From: Truepera sp.
Lineage (GTDB): Bacteria; Deinococcota; Deinococci; Deinococcales; Trueperaceae
Length of the DNA stretch: 64,000 bases
Direction: 5' to 3'
NCBI GenBank assembly: GCA_965218435.1
Contig: CBDCKW010000009.1
Coordinates: forward strand, 1,824,001 to 1,888,000
A program made the position numbers and the translations under genes. Below the pieces are notes generated by a model. That model ran no database searches. It had not been told where the DNA came from and worked only from the letters and a program-made list of their open reading frames with translations. Shown one piece after another: positions 1 through 10,424 of the stretch (position 1 is the first letter of the stretch; each line of letters starts with the position of its first letter).

Positions 1-2
1 CA

Positions 3-422
3 GGCAATCCGCTCGGTAGGGGGCTTGGGAGTACCGGCGTAGCGAGCAGCCTTAGCGCCCAAAAAGCAACGTTACAAAATCTGGACAGCGGGATTATCGC
101 CGTGCTCTACTCGTTTGGTATTTTAGGAACGTTTTACTTTGTCGGCGGGGCCACAGCGATCTTTGGCGCGGTGCTCCGCCGGGGGTTTCGTACAGCTAAC
201 GTGGGAGACGCGAGTTACGTCGGTATCACGGTGGCGGCAATCTCGCAGCTGGCGTTCGGTAACGCGTGGGGCGGCGTTTCGGGGATGATCTTATGGGTGT
301 TTCCGTGTTTGTACCTAGCCTCGAGCTATCAGAGCAGCTTGGCACAAAACAGTTCAGTGCAGAGCAGCGCCAGCAGAGTGACCCCGGAACCCTTTGGGGG
401 CAGCACAGCCCATGACTTATAA
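3..422 (+). CDS. O-antigen polymerase/ligase-like membrane protein (5'-truncated by window edge)
   Basis: Frame is open from position 3: GNPLGRGLG...NLDSGIIAVLYSFGILG followed by hydrophobic helices, typical of the Wzy_C region; lies in a polysaccharide locus. Confidence 0.65.
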   Translation, partial: GNPLGRGLGSTGVASSLSAQKATLQNLDSGIIAVLYSFGILGTFYFVGGATAIFGAVLRRGFRTANVGDASYVGITVAAISQLAFGNAWGGVSGMILWVFPCLYLASSYQSSLAQNSSVQSSASRVTPEPFGGSTAHDL

Positions 423-1635
423 CGGTGCCAGCACACCCTCCGAGCAAGTCCTGAGCGAAGAAGTTCAGGTCATCGAACTAGGTACGGGCTGGTTTGCTGA
501 AAAACCGGGGGGTCTCGAGCGCGTCTTTTACGGGCTCCTTAAGTATCTCGGGGGGTTCAGGATTGAGGCTCGAGGCTTGGTCGTGGGTTCAGCTGAGATT
601 CAAACTCTCTCAGGGGGCCAGGTATACAGCTTCGCTCCCGCCAACGCGCCGCTGCCCGTCCGCTGGTTCCGCGTGCGGCGGGCGCTGCGCGACCTGCTTA
701 CGGAAAAATCTGCCGACCTCATCTCAGCGCATTTTGCGCTCTACGCGTTTCCAGTATTGGACATCATCGGCAAGCTGCCACTCGTCGTTCATTTTCACGG
801 GTCGTGGGCACTGGAAAGCGAAGTCGAGGCGTCATCTGGCTTCGTCTCGAGGCTTAGTGCGCGGCTCAAATGGCTGGTTGAGAAGCTCGTCTACCGCCGC
901 GCCGCACGGTTTATCGTCTTGTCGCAGGCGTTTAAGACGGTGTTACACGAAACCTACGGCGTCCCTAAAGAGCGTATTGACGTCATCCCCGGGGGGATTG
1001 ATACGGCGGCTTACGACACCGGCCTCAGTGTGAGGGAAGCCAGGGCCGCGCTCGAGTGGCCCGCAGAGCGCCGGATTCTTTTGACAGTTAGGCGACTCGT
1101 CAAACGGCAGGGACTGGAAAACCTTCTTACCGCTGTGGCCGAGCTGCGCACCAGACACCCGGACGTGCTCCTTTTTATCGGCGGAACCGGCCCCTTGACC
1201 GAGGCGTTAACAGCGCAGATCGAAATGCTGGGACTAGCCGAGCACGTCAAGTTGTTAGGGTTTATCCCTGATGATAAGCTTGCCCTGACCTACGCCGCCG
1301 CCGACCTTTCAGTCGTACCGACGGTGGCGCACGAGGGCTTTGGACTCATTACCGTTGAGTCACTCGCAGCAGGTACGCCGGTGCTTGTCACACCGGTCGG
1401 CGGCTTGCCCGAAGTCGTGGCAGGTCTAGCCCCTGAACTCATCCTCGGGGGCAGTGAGGTGCCTGATCTGGTCTCGGGGCTTGACGGCGCACTCTCCGGC
1501 ACCATGACACTGCCGAGCCGTGAGGAGTGTCAGCAGTACGCGCGAGTGGGGTTTGACTACCGTACGGTTGCCGAACGGACGGCGGCGGTCTACCGAGAGG
1601 TGCAGAAGGCTGCGCACCGTAAACGGCCGCGCTAG
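412..1635 (+). CDS. GT4 family glycosyltransferase
   Basis: GGLER N-terminal motif, VRRLVKRQG, EGFGLITVESLAAG (EX7E), PVGGLPEV; ATG at 412 preferred over the ORF start at 394. Confidence 0.9.
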   Translation: MTYNGASTPSEQVLSEEVQVIELGTGWFAEKPGGLERVFYGLLKYLGGFRIEARGLVVGSAEIQTLSGGQVYSFAPANAPLPVRWFRVRRALRDLLTEKSADLISAHFALYAFPVLDIIGKLPLVVHFHGSWALESEVEASSGFVSRLSARLKWLVEKLVYRRAARFIVLSQAFKTVLHETYGVPKERIDVIPGGIDTAAYDTGLSVREARAALEWPAERRILLTVRRLVKRQGLENLLTAVAELRTRHPDVLLFIGGTGPLTEALTAQIEMLGLAEHVKLLGFIPDDKLALTYAAADLSVVPTVAHEGFGLITVESLAAGTPVLVTPVGGLPEVVAGLAPELILGGSEVPDLVSGLDGALSGTMTLPSREECQQYARVGFDYRTVAERTAAVYREVQKAAHRKRPR

Positions 1636-1642
1636 TTGAGTT

Positions 1643-2743
1643 TTACGATTTTTTGAGATTAGCTTCCGCTACCAGCTCTGCCCTTAGAGAGTCTCGAGTG
1701 TCAGACGCGCCGAGTTCTGCCAGGGTTAAAATCCTTACTCTTCCGCCTACTCCGCTGCGGAAGTGCTCGTAGACGTCCTCGACAAAATCGTGGTACCGAA
1801 GCAAATGTTGGGGTTCTAGATAAACCGAGGCGAATTGCAACGTGTCGCCAAACATCGTGACGCAGTTTTGTATCGCCGAGGTGATAAACGAGACGATTTC
1901 CTGGGGCCGCTCCGCCGCTGCACTGAGGACAATCTCGACAGGCAGGCCATAATGCCGCACCTCAAAGCCGAGTGCCTGCTCGAGTTCACGCACATCCTCT
2001 TCCCGCTCACGGCTATGCGGTAAGTACACGAGCGGCTGATCCCCGTAAAAATGTTTGACTTGCTTTAGGTACGCAAAATACGTCTCGTTGGTAACGTAAC
2101 CGTCAAACGTCAAAGGCTGGCCTAAAAACCATACCTCATTTCCTCTAGACGCGTCGGCGATACGTGAGCGGAAATTTTGATAGCGGTTAAGAATCAGCCG
2201 GTCTCCCTCCCAAACGGCAATATCGTAGGCGGAGAAAAAGGTCACGCGCTCGGATATCCGATACCTGATACCTAGTAGAAACATAGATGCTTTTTCTTTT
2301 GCTGACAAAGGGCGAAGCGTGACGAGTCCATTACGCACTTTATTGACGAACAGCGTGTCGGTTCCGTCGTCGAGCAAGTAGAGCGTCCCATGCGGGAGCG
2401 TGTTGGCGATATGGCGCTGAATAGGCTCTTGATAGTGGCCCATAAACAGCCCTTCAGCGTGACCGAAAGACGCCAGCAGATTATCTACCTTTCGCCGCAG
2501 CAACCAGCGCAGGTAAAACCACTGCAGCTTGCCAAACTCTTTAACATCGCCGTTGTTGTTGGCCGAAAGACGATAAACGGCGCTCCACTCGTTTTCTTTA
2601 ATCAGAGGTTCGTAGACAGACATTGGCCAAAAAAGGCTGTTTACACGAACTATGACAAGTACATTGTCAGCTGTGCGCAAAAACTCTTTGGCTTCTACGG
2701 CGTTGATGAGCTGCAGGGGTGAAAACACGAAGAAGACGTTCAT
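1643..2743 (-). CDS. Putative nonulosonic acid (sialyl-like) transferase, polysialyltransferase/GT52-like
   Basis: SPLQLIN N-terminus, DDG motif, FLGQPL, PHSRE (HP-like motif) and TSA, resembling bacterial sialyltransferase motifs; divergent from neuA/neuB-like genes. Confidence 0.6.
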   Translation of the reverse strand: MNVFFVFSPLQLINAVEAKEFLRTADNVLVIVRVNSLFWPMSVYEPLIKENEWSAVYRLSANNNGDVKEFGKLQWFYLRWLLRRKVDNLLASFGHAEGLFMGHYQEPIQRHIANTLPHGTLYLLDDGTDTLFVNKVRNGLVTLRPLSAKEKASMFLLGIRYRISERVTFFSAYDIAVWEGDRLILNRYQNFRSRIADASRGNEVWFLGQPLTFDGYVTNETYFAYLKQVKHFYGDQPLVYLPHSREREEDVRELEQALGFEVRHYGLPVEIVLSAAAERPQEIVSFITSAIQNCVTMFGDTLQFASVYLEPQHLLRYHDFVEDVYEHFRSGVGGRVRILTLAELGASDTRDSLRAELVAEANLKKS

Positions 2744-3124
2744 GTATACCGTCTAAACGTAGTTTGGCGGCTTGTGACGCTAGGCGCTAGGGCGTAAAAA
2801 AGTTTCCAAAACCCCGGCAATAGGGCTCGAGTCCCTAAATCCGCCGAGCATATCAGCGTCAGTTGCCTAAACATAGCTAAGCGTATCCCTTTTTTACCAA
2901 GCATAACAGCGAAATACCTCACCGGATTCTAACTTTTAGAGGCGCAGCGAAAGTGTTCCGAAACGCTCTACCCCGTTCTGCGCTCGCCTTAAATCGGCAC
3001 TCTGAACCGCCGCGTAGTGAAACTCTACCTAAACGTTTTTGTGTAGATAGAGTAGATTGACCTATGACCCGGCCCATAAAGGCCAACGAACTTGATTTGA
3101 GTCGAGGAGGCTACCGCCAAGCTG

Positions 3125-3886
3125 ATGAATGGCCCTTTTACAACGTCTAAATCAACGTCTATCCCTGAGTCTACAAAGTCAAAGCCGTCCGGCCCAGCCC
3201 CCGGAGCCGTCGCCGTGATTCCTGCTCGGGGCGGGTCTAAACGTATCCCGCGCAAAAATATCCGCGAGTTGGGGAGTCGTCCGCTACTCGCCTATACGGT
3301 TAGCGCCGCGTTGGACAGCAGGCTTTTTGAACGTGTCATCGTCAGTACGGACGACGACGCTATCGCTACGGTGGCCCAGGAACAGGGCGCAGAAGTCTTG
3401 ACACGCGCCGCTGAGCTGAGTGATGACCACACGCCCACGTCGCTGGTCACGCTGGAGGTCGTTGAACAGCTTGAGCTAGAGGACGCGCAGCACGTCGCGC
3501 AGCTGCTACCCAACTGTCCACTACGAACCGACGCCGACGTGCGCTCGAGCTACGCCCAATTTGTGCAAGGCGAATGTGAAGCGCAGCTTTCGGTAACCCG
3601 TTACGGCTGGCTCAACCCGTGGTGGGCGCTGACGATGGACACGCAGGGGCCGACGCACCACCTGAAACCGGTTTTTGAAGCGCAGCTTCGGGCGCGGAGT
3701 CAAGACCTGCCGACGCTCTACTGCCCCACCGGGGCGATCTGGTGGACGACAGCGGCGTCTTTACGGCGTGAAAAGACTTTTTATACCGCGCGGCGTACCG
3801 GCTGGGAACTACCGTGGCAACGCGCGGTAGATATTGACGACGAAGACGACTGGCAGCTCGCCGAGCTCTTGCTGGCACGCTCATGA
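3125..3886 (+). CDS. neuA: Acylneuraminate (nonulosonate) cytidylyltransferase, NeuA/LegF family
   Basis: IPARGGSKRIPRKNI, VSTDD, CPLR, DIDDEDDW motifs. Confidence 0.9.
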   Translation: MNGPFTTSKSTSIPESTKSKPSGPAPGAVAVIPARGGSKRIPRKNIRELGSRPLLAYTVSAALDSRLFERVIVSTDDDAIATVAQEQGAEVLTRAAELSDDHTPTSLVTLEVVEQLELEDAQHVAQLLPNCPLRTDADVRSSYAQFVQGECEAQLSVTRYGWLNPWWALTMDTQGPTHHLKPVFEAQLRARSQDLPTLYCPTGAIWWTTAASLRREKTFYTARRTGWELPWQRAVDIDDEDDWQLAELLLARS

Positions 3887-3896
3887 AGACGATCCC

Positions 3897-4781
3897 ATGA
3901 AAACCGCGCTTTATACAACTGTTCATCCGGCCTCGAGGCCCTACTTGAACACTTTTCTCTCGAGCGTTACGGCACAGACGGACACCGATTTTGATCTTTG
4001 GCTTGGGATTGACGTAGCGCCTGAGGCGTTAGGAAGCGCCTCAGGTTTATTGGAAAACGCAACCTTCGTCGTCGCCGAACCGGGCGACACCCCCGCGAGC
4101 CTGAGAGGGCGGGCGTGGGCGCAGCTTGTCAACCTTTACGACGCCGTGATCTTCGTAGACAGTGACGACGTGTTGTATCCGGAGCGCGTGGCGGCGGCGA
4201 AAAAACAGCTCGAGGTGAGTGACATGGGCGGCTGTGCGCTGGACTTGATAGCCGAGAACGGTGCACCCCTTGGCGTAACGTTGCAAGCGCCACCAGAGCA
4301 CGACTGGGCCGAGCTGTTGCCACGATGTAACGTGTTCGGCCTGTCAAATACGGCCTACCGCTGTGAAGCGTTGGCCAAAACGCTGCCGCTACCTAAAGAG
4401 GTCGCGGTAGTTGACTGGCTCGTCGTCACACGGGCCTACCTCGCGGGTGCCCGGTTGGGATTTGACACAGCGCCCAGAATGGCCTACCGGCAGTATGAGA
4501 GCAACACCGCCCAGGTTCTCCCGCCGTTTACGCCGGAGGGCATTATGCGGGCGACGGCGCACGTGCTTACGCACCTACAGTACGTGTTGCAAGAGCCCAT
4601 AAGTAAAGAGAGCTTCAAAACAAGCCTCGAGCAACGTTTTGCCGAGGTGCGGAAATTTTCTGAGCGGATACGAGGAGACTTACTTACGACCTACACGCGA
4701 GAACTAAACGCTCGCACGCAGCCCGTTTACCTCTGGTGGGCGTGCGTGGCGCATAAGGAGCTGGCTTATCTATGGAGCTAA
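3897..4781 (+). CDS. GT-A fold (GT2-like) protein
   Basis: AQTDTDFDL, IFVDSDD (DxD), FGLSNT, VDWL, YRQY; ATG at 3897. Confidence 0.6.
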   Translation: MKTALYTTVHPASRPYLNTFLSSVTAQTDTDFDLWLGIDVAPEALGSASGLLENATFVVAEPGDTPASLRGRAWAQLVNLYDAVIFVDSDDVLYPERVAAAKKQLEVSDMGGCALDLIAENGAPLGVTLQAPPEHDWAELLPRCNVFGLSNTAYRCEALAKTLPLPKEVAVVDWLVVTRAYLAGARLGFDTAPRMAYRQYESNTAQVLPPFTPEGIMRATAHVLTHLQYVLQEPISKESFKTSLEQRFAEVRKFSERIRGDLLTTYTRELNARTQPVYLWWACVAHKELAYLWS

Positions 4782-4782
4782 T

Positions 4783-5835
4783 ATGAACCTACTTAACCTT
4801 TCAGGCCGCCCGGTCGGGCCGGGGCACTCACCTTACATCATCGCTGAAATCGGCGCGAACCATAACGGCGATATGGCGCTCTGCAAGAAGATGATTGACG
4901 AGGCGCAGCGGTGCGGCGCGGACGCCGTCAAGTTTCAGTCGTGGTCGGCAACCTCGCTGATCTCTAAGGCTGAATACGAACGCAACGCCAGCTACAGCGA
5001 CCCGGAACGGCACTTCGGCTCGCTTAAAGAGATGGTCGAACGCTATCAGCTAACGGCGGCGCAGCACCGTGAGGTTGCAGCTTACTGTCAAACCAAAAAG
5101 ATTGACTTCATGTCAACGCCTTTTTCGCCCGAAGAGGTTGACCTGCTGGTTGAACTGGGCGTCCCGGCGCTCAAGGTCGCTTCGATGGACGTGAACCATA
5201 CGGTGCTGCTCGAGCATATCGCCAAAACCGGCAAACCGGTCATCTTGTCAACCGGGATGGCGAGCTTGGCCGAGGTTGCCGAAGCCGTAGGCACCTTAAA
5301 AACCTATAACGCCGGACCGCTGGCGCTGCTGCACTGCATCTCGATTTATCCACCCGACTACGAAGATATCCATCTGCGCAATATCCCCATGTTGCAGGCC
5401 GCGTTTGACGTCCCGGTGGGGTTTAGCGACCACAGCTTCGGCGTGGCGATTCCGCTCGCGGCAGTGGCGCTCGGCGCGTGTATTATCGAAAAGCACTTTA
5501 CGCTAGACAAACAGATGCAGGGTTGGGATCACCTCATCTCGGCTGACCCGCCTGAACTGACGACGATCTGCCGTGAGGCCAAACACATCTTTACGGCGCT
5601 CGGTCACCCTCACCGCACCGTCAGCCCCGACGAGCTGGAAAAACGCAAAAAGTTTCGCCGCTGCATCGTGCTGGCGCGTGATGTAGACGCCGGTCACGTC
5701 CTGAGCGAAGCCGACCTCGACTACAAACGTCCGGGTACCGGTATCTCTCCGAACGCGTATCCTTACGTCGTCGGGCGCAGCGTCGTCAGAGCGCTGGGGA
5801 GCGACCATGAACTCCGCTGGACCGACCTCGCTTAA
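4783..5835 (+). CDS. neuB: Nonulosonate synthase, NeuB/LegI family with C-terminal SAF domain
   Basis: IIAEIGANHNG, DAVKFQ, STPF, KVAS, LSTGM, LHC, GFSDHS, IEKHFTLD, KRPGTG. Confidence 0.95.
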   Translation: MNLLNLSGRPVGPGHSPYIIAEIGANHNGDMALCKKMIDEAQRCGADAVKFQSWSATSLISKAEYERNASYSDPERHFGSLKEMVERYQLTAAQHREVAAYCQTKKIDFMSTPFSPEEVDLLVELGVPALKVASMDVNHTVLLEHIAKTGKPVILSTGMASLAEVAEAVGTLKTYNAGPLALLHCISIYPPDYEDIHLRNIPMLQAAFDVPVGFSDHSFGVAIPLAAVALGACIIEKHFTLDKQMQGWDHLISADPPELTTICREAKHIFTALGHPHRTVSPDELEKRKKFRRCIVLARDVDAGHVLSEADLDYKRPGTGISPNAYPYVVGRSVVRALGSDHELRWTDLA

Positions 5836-5838
5836 GCA

Positions 5839-6492
5839 GTGGGAAAGACCGGCACACCCCTTATCGTGCTGGGCGCAGGCGGACACGCCCGCGTACTGAT
5901 TGACGCACTGCGGTTACAGCAACGCGAACCCATCGGGGTGACCGACCCCGACGCGTCACTTTGGGGCAGCACCGTTTTAGGTGTGCCGGTACTCGGTGAC
6001 GACGACCGGATACAAGGCTTCGCCCCGAACGAGGTCATGTTGGTCAATGCGCTTGGGAGCACCAGGGGCACCGCCTTACGGCAGGCCGTCTGGGAGCGGT
6101 GGTGTGGGCGCGGCTACCGGTTCGTCGGCGTTGTTCATCCTGCCGCCGTCGTCGCGCAGTCTGCGGAGCTCGAGGCCGACGTGCAGGTGTTGGCCGGAAG
6201 CGTCGTCGGGGCCGCAGCTCACATCGGCCACAACAGCATCGTCAACACCGGGGTCATCGTCGAACACGACTGCCGCGTCGGGCAGCACGTCCATCTTGCG
6301 CCCGGCGTCACCTTGTCGGGCAACGTCACGGTTGGGGACGGGAGCCATTTGGGAACGGGGTGCACCGTTATTCAAGACACCAACATCGGTGAGGGATGCG
6401 TCGTGGGCGCGGGCGCGGTGGTGGTGCGCGACTTGGAGCCCTTTACTTTGGCCGTCGGGGTACCTGCGCGGGCCGTTAAGACGTTGAGATAA
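5839..6492 (+). CDS. Sugar acetyltransferase, NeuD/PglD family (hexapeptide repeat)
   Basis: GAGGHA, VHPAA, IVEHDC, VGAGAVV, GVPAR. Confidence 0.9.
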   Translation: MGKTGTPLIVLGAGGHARVLIDALRLQQREPIGVTDPDASLWGSTVLGVPVLGDDDRIQGFAPNEVMLVNALGSTRGTALRQAVWERWCGRGYRFVGVVHPAAVVAQSAELEADVQVLAGSVVGAAAHIGHNSIVNTGVIVEHDCRVGQHVHLAPGVTLSGNVTVGDGSHLGTGCTVIQDTNIGEGCVVGAGAVVVRDLEPFTLAVGVPARAVKTLR

Positions 6493-6537
6493 CACCTTAG
6501 ATCGTCATACTTTTAGACATAACTCAGGAGAACCTAC

Positions 6538-7887
6538 GTGTCCAAGAATCTTTACATCGTCCACGCCATAGATACCGAAGGGCCACTTTACGAATCGCTG
6601 CCGGCAACTTTTGAACGCTTGGAGAAGATCACCGGGGTGAGGCTCGAGCCAACCCAGGAAAACCTCGAGCGGGTGCGTCACCGTCAGCTCGACTTAGGCG
6701 GACGCGAAGAGGTGGCGAGTCTGGCGGCCTCTAAAGAGCTGCTCACCTACAACGACACTTGGGACAAAGTTGACGCGATGCTCAAAGAGATGCTGAGCCC
6801 CGAGTACCGGCAGCGTTACGCCGACCCGCAGGGCGGCGGCTGGGTGTACAGCTGGTTTTTGATGGACCACGTAGGCTACACCGTCAACCCCCGGCGGCGC
6901 GACCTGGGCTACCATAATATCTTCGACCACTACCGGACGCTCCTGCACGAGACCGGTTCGCCCGACGATGTGCAGTGGCACTTTCACCCGATGTCGCGGT
7001 ATAGGGAGGCGCACATCGTCGCCACCTCGTACCTGGGTTCGCCGCACCTGCTCGAGTCGCTCGCACGGCGGATCATTGACCGCACCTGGTTTCCGAGCGC
7101 CTTTCGCCCCGGCTTTCACGCTGAGCGGCCCGACGCACACTGGTTTTTAGAACAGTGGCTGCCCTTCGACTTTGCCAATCAGTCGTTGCCGGGAGAGGAC
7201 CGGCTCGAGCAGCAAGCGGACGTGGCCGGGGGCAGACTCGGCGACTGGCGGCGAGCCCCCTCGGACTGGTCGCCGTACCGTCCGGCGCACGACGACTATC
7301 AAGTGCCGGGAGCGTGCCGCCGGACGATCTTTCGCTGCCTCAACGTCGGGACACGGTTTCGGCTGTTGGACCAGCTCGAGGTCAGACGCGCCTTTGCTCG
7401 CGCTAACGAGGGTTTACCGACGATTTTAGCCTTTACCAACCACGACTTTCGGGATATGCGCCGCGACGTGGCGCAGGTTTACGCTGACGTAACCGAGGTC
7501 AGCCGGGAGTTTCCCGAGGTCACCTGGCAGCACAGTCGGGCGCAAGACGCAGCGCGGGCCGTCCTCGGTTTGGAAGAGCTGACGCCCCTGCGCTTAGACG
7601 TTACGCTGTCGCCGCGGGGCGACAGCCTTCACCTCGAGGTCAATGCCAACGTAGACACCTTCGGCCCGCAACCTTTTTTAGCGGTTAAAACGTGGGATAA
7701 ACGCTACCTCACCGACAACTTCGACCTGCAAATTCCTAAACGGCGGTGGACTTACGTTTTTGACCAAGACACCATCTTACCCGCTTCGGTTGAAGCTATC
7801 GGGGTCGCGTCAAACGGCATGGACGGCAGACCGCACACGGTAGTGATCAAACCGAGCGGTGAAAAGATCGCGGAGACCGGTGGCTGA
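6538..7887 (+). CDS. Hypothetical protein, possible polysaccharide-deacetylase-like (NodB/WalW-like) fold
   Basis: 449-aa ORF with RBS AGGAG; IDTEGP, WHFHP and FRPG motifs resemble CE4-like metal and Arg motifs. Confidence 0.5.
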   Translation: MSKNLYIVHAIDTEGPLYESLPATFERLEKITGVRLEPTQENLERVRHRQLDLGGREEVASLAASKELLTYNDTWDKVDAMLKEMLSPEYRQRYADPQGGGWVYSWFLMDHVGYTVNPRRRDLGYHNIFDHYRTLLHETGSPDDVQWHFHPMSRYREAHIVATSYLGSPHLLESLARRIIDRTWFPSAFRPGFHAERPDAHWFLEQWLPFDFANQSLPGEDRLEQQADVAGGRLGDWRRAPSDWSPYRPAHDDYQVPGACRRTIFRCLNVGTRFRLLDQLEVRRAFARANEGLPTILAFTNHDFRDMRRDVAQVYADVTEVSREFPEVTWQHSRAQDAARAVLGLEELTPLRLDVTLSPRGDSLHLEVNANVDTFGPQPFLAVKTWDKRYLTDNFDLQIPKRRWTYVFDQDTILPASVEAIGVASNGMDGRPHTVVIKPSGEKIAETGG

Positions 7888-9175
7888 GTTGCCTGAAGCT
7901 CGAGCTGAAACTGACGAGATGGCGCACTACTTCGACCGGCTCTGGCCGATTATGCGCAGCATCACCGGGGTGGGCGTCCGGCTTACTCACGATATTTTAG
8001 GCGAAGTGGTCCCCTTAGAACGGCTGGAAATCCCCAGCGGAACCGAGGTCTTTGACTGGACGGTGCCGCAAGAATGGGTTGTGCGGGAAGCTTACGTCAT
8101 CACGCCGGACGGACGGCGTATCTTAGACATACGGGACAACACCCTGCATCTGCTGAACTACGCCGTCCCGTTTCGCGGTGAACTCTCCCGCGCCGAGCTT
8201 GACGCGCACCTCTACAGCTTGCCCGAGCAACCGGACGCCGTCCCTTACGTGACGAGCTACTACACGCCGCGTTGGGGTTTTTGCTTGTCTCATAATGAAC
8301 GGGTGGCGCTCCCTGACGGGCAGTATCAGGTCATCGTAGACACCGAACACGTGGACGGCTCTCTCACCTTAAGTGAAGCCGTGCTCCCCGGTGAGAGCGA
8401 GCAAGAGGTACTCTTATCCACCTATACGTGTCACCCGGCTATGGCGAACAACGAACTTTCCGGCCCCCTGGTCACTGCTTTTTTGTACCGGCGTCTGGCC
8501 GCTTGGAAACGCCGCCACTATACCTACCGCTTCGTCTTTTTACCCGAGACGATTGGGAGCCTCGCCTATCTACAGCTTCGCGGCGAGCACCTTAAGCGTC
8601 AGTTGGTGGCAGGCTACGTGGTGACCTGCGTGGGTGACGACGCGCCCTTGACCTACAAACGTTCACGCCGAGGCGATACCTTGGCAGACCGGGCCGCGAT
8701 ACATGTTTTAGCGGGTCTCGAGGATGCCAAAATCCGGGCTTTTTTTCCGCAAGGCAGCGACGAACGGCAGTACTGCTCACCTGGGTTTAACCTGCCTGTG
8801 GGCTCACTTATGCGTTCAGTGTACGGGACCTACCCGGAGTATCACACCTCGCTCGACAACCGGGCGTTCATCTCGTTTGCAGCGATGCGCGAATCGGTCG
8901 GTGTGTACGAACGCGTGTTGCGGGCGCTCGAGCTTGGCCGGACCTACCGTAACCTCGCCCCTTTCGGTGAACCCAACCTGGGCAAACGCGGCCTCTATCC
9001 GACGCGCGGCGCAGCGCAACCCGAAGCGCGGGTCGCGGCGACCTTGTGGCTCCTCAACTACGCCGACGGCGACCACGACCTGCTCAAAATTGCCGAGCTG
9101 AGCGGGGTTGACCTCGAGCTCTTAAACGACGTGGCGCAGGCTTGTTTAGAGGCCAATCTCGTTGAAGTCGTATAG
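7880..9175 (+). CDS. DUF4910 (M28 aminopeptidase-like) protein with C-terminal winged helix
   Basis: RSITGxG, VFDWTVPQEW, PYVTSYY, WGFC, CHPAMANNELSGP, PETIGS, GSDERQYCSPG, YPEYHTS, EPNLGKRGLYP. Confidence 0.85.
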   Translation: MAELPEARAETDEMAHYFDRLWPIMRSITGVGVRLTHDILGEVVPLERLEIPSGTEVFDWTVPQEWVVREAYVITPDGRRILDIRDNTLHLLNYAVPFRGELSRAELDAHLYSLPEQPDAVPYVTSYYTPRWGFCLSHNERVALPDGQYQVIVDTEHVDGSLTLSEAVLPGESEQEVLLSTYTCHPAMANNELSGPLVTAFLYRRLAAWKRRHYTYRFVFLPETIGSLAYLQLRGEHLKRQLVAGYVVTCVGDDAPLTYKRSRRGDTLADRAAIHVLAGLEDAKIRAFFPQGSDERQYCSPGFNLPVGSLMRSVYGTYPEYHTSLDNRAFISFAAMRESVGVYERVLRALELGRTYRNLAPFGEPNLGKRGLYPTRGAAQPEARVAATLWLLNYADGDHDLLKIAELSGVDLELLNDVAQACLEANLVEVV

Positions 9176-9400
9176 AAACTTATATCGCAGCGTGGGAATG
9201 ACAACCTGAAAGACGTGCGCTAACCCACGTCCATATGAGATCGCAGCAGCCGTCACCGTAAAGCGTGTACGCTGGTCAGCTGAACTTGTCCGGAGAGCGT
9301 TACTCCTCCAAACTTCGTCTCTTTAGCAACAGCTTTTGGACACGCTACGCAAACCCACAGCACCAACCGACCAGCTTATACCCGGACGTATCAAAAAAAC

Positions 9401-10414
9401 TCAAATCGTATAGACGTCAGCTCGGTAGCTTTCTAAATTTTTGCCGGTGAACCACGCCGCAGTCTCAGCGAGGCCACGCCGAAAGCCCTCAACACCGCCG
9501 TAAGCAGGTTCCCACCCCAGTAACGCCTTGGCCTTACGCATATCGGCCCACAGACGCTGCACCTCACTCCCTTCGGGGCGCAGGCGTTCGGCGTCACAGG
9601 TAATCTCGACGGGCGCGTTCATTACCTCGGCGATCAACTGCGCCGTCTCACCGATACTCACCTCGAAGTTGCTGCCGATATTGATAACCTCACCGACAGC
9701 GGCGTCTGAGCGGGCCACCGCAATAAATCCGGCGACCGTATCAGCGACGAAGTTAAAGTCTCGGGTCGGCGACAACGCGCCAAGCTTGATCACGCGTTTG
9801 CCCGCTGCGATCTGTGTAATCACCGTAGGGATCACCGCCCGCGCCGACTGCCGGGGGCCGTAGGTGTTAAACGGCCGGATCACTGCGACCGGCAGCTCGA
9901 ACGAGCGGTAAAACGACAGCGCAAACTGGTCGGCGGCAATTTTTGAGGCACTGTACGGTGACTGCCCCTGAAGCGGGTGGGCTTCATCAATCGGCACATA
10001 CTGCGCGGTACCGTAAACTTCAGAGGTCGAGGTGTGAACGACCTTGCGAACGCCGAACTCGCGGGCCGCTTGCAAGATGTTAAGCGTACCGCGCACATTC
10101 GTCTCTAAATAAGAATCCGGCGCATGATACGAGTAAGGAATGGCGATCAGCGCGGCCAAATGCAAGACCGTGTCGCATCCTTTGACAGCACTCCGAACCA
10201 TCGCCGCGTCGCGGACGTCGCCGGAGACGACCTCGAGCCCCCCACTTAGCGCAGGGTCCAAACGGTCGAGCCAACCTCTTGAGCCGAGCGCGTTGTAAAA
10301 GGTAAACGCCCGCACCTCTGCGCCTGCCCGTAAGAGCGTTTCGGTTAAGTGCGACCCGATAAACCCGTCCGCTCCTGTAACCAAGACGCGCCCTAAAGCT
10401 CGAGCTGTGCTCAC
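9401..10414 (-). CDS. legB: NAD-dependent nucleotide-sugar 4,6-dehydratase, LegB-like
   Basis: VTGADGFIGSHL, LAALIAIPYSY, STSEVYGTA, SPYSASK, RPFNTYGPRQSARAVIP; GTG start at 10414 is a guess (ORF extends to 10465). Confidence 0.85.
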   Translation of the reverse strand: MSTARALGRVLVTGADGFIGSHLTETLLRAGAEVRAFTFYNALGSRGWLDRLDPALSGGLEVVSGDVRDAAMVRSAVKGCDTVLHLAALIAIPYSYHAPDSYLETNVRGTLNILQAAREFGVRKVVHTSTSEVYGTAQYVPIDEAHPLQGQSPYSASKIAADQFALSFYRSFELPVAVIRPFNTYGPRQSARAVIPTVITQIAAGKRVIKLGALSPTRDFNFVADTVAGFIAVARSDAAVGEVINIGSNFEVSIGETAQLIAEVMNAPVEITCDAERLRPEGSEVQRLWADMRKAKALLGWEPAYGGVEGFRRGLAETAAWFTGKNLESYRADVYTI

Positions 10415-10424
10415 CCTAAAACCT

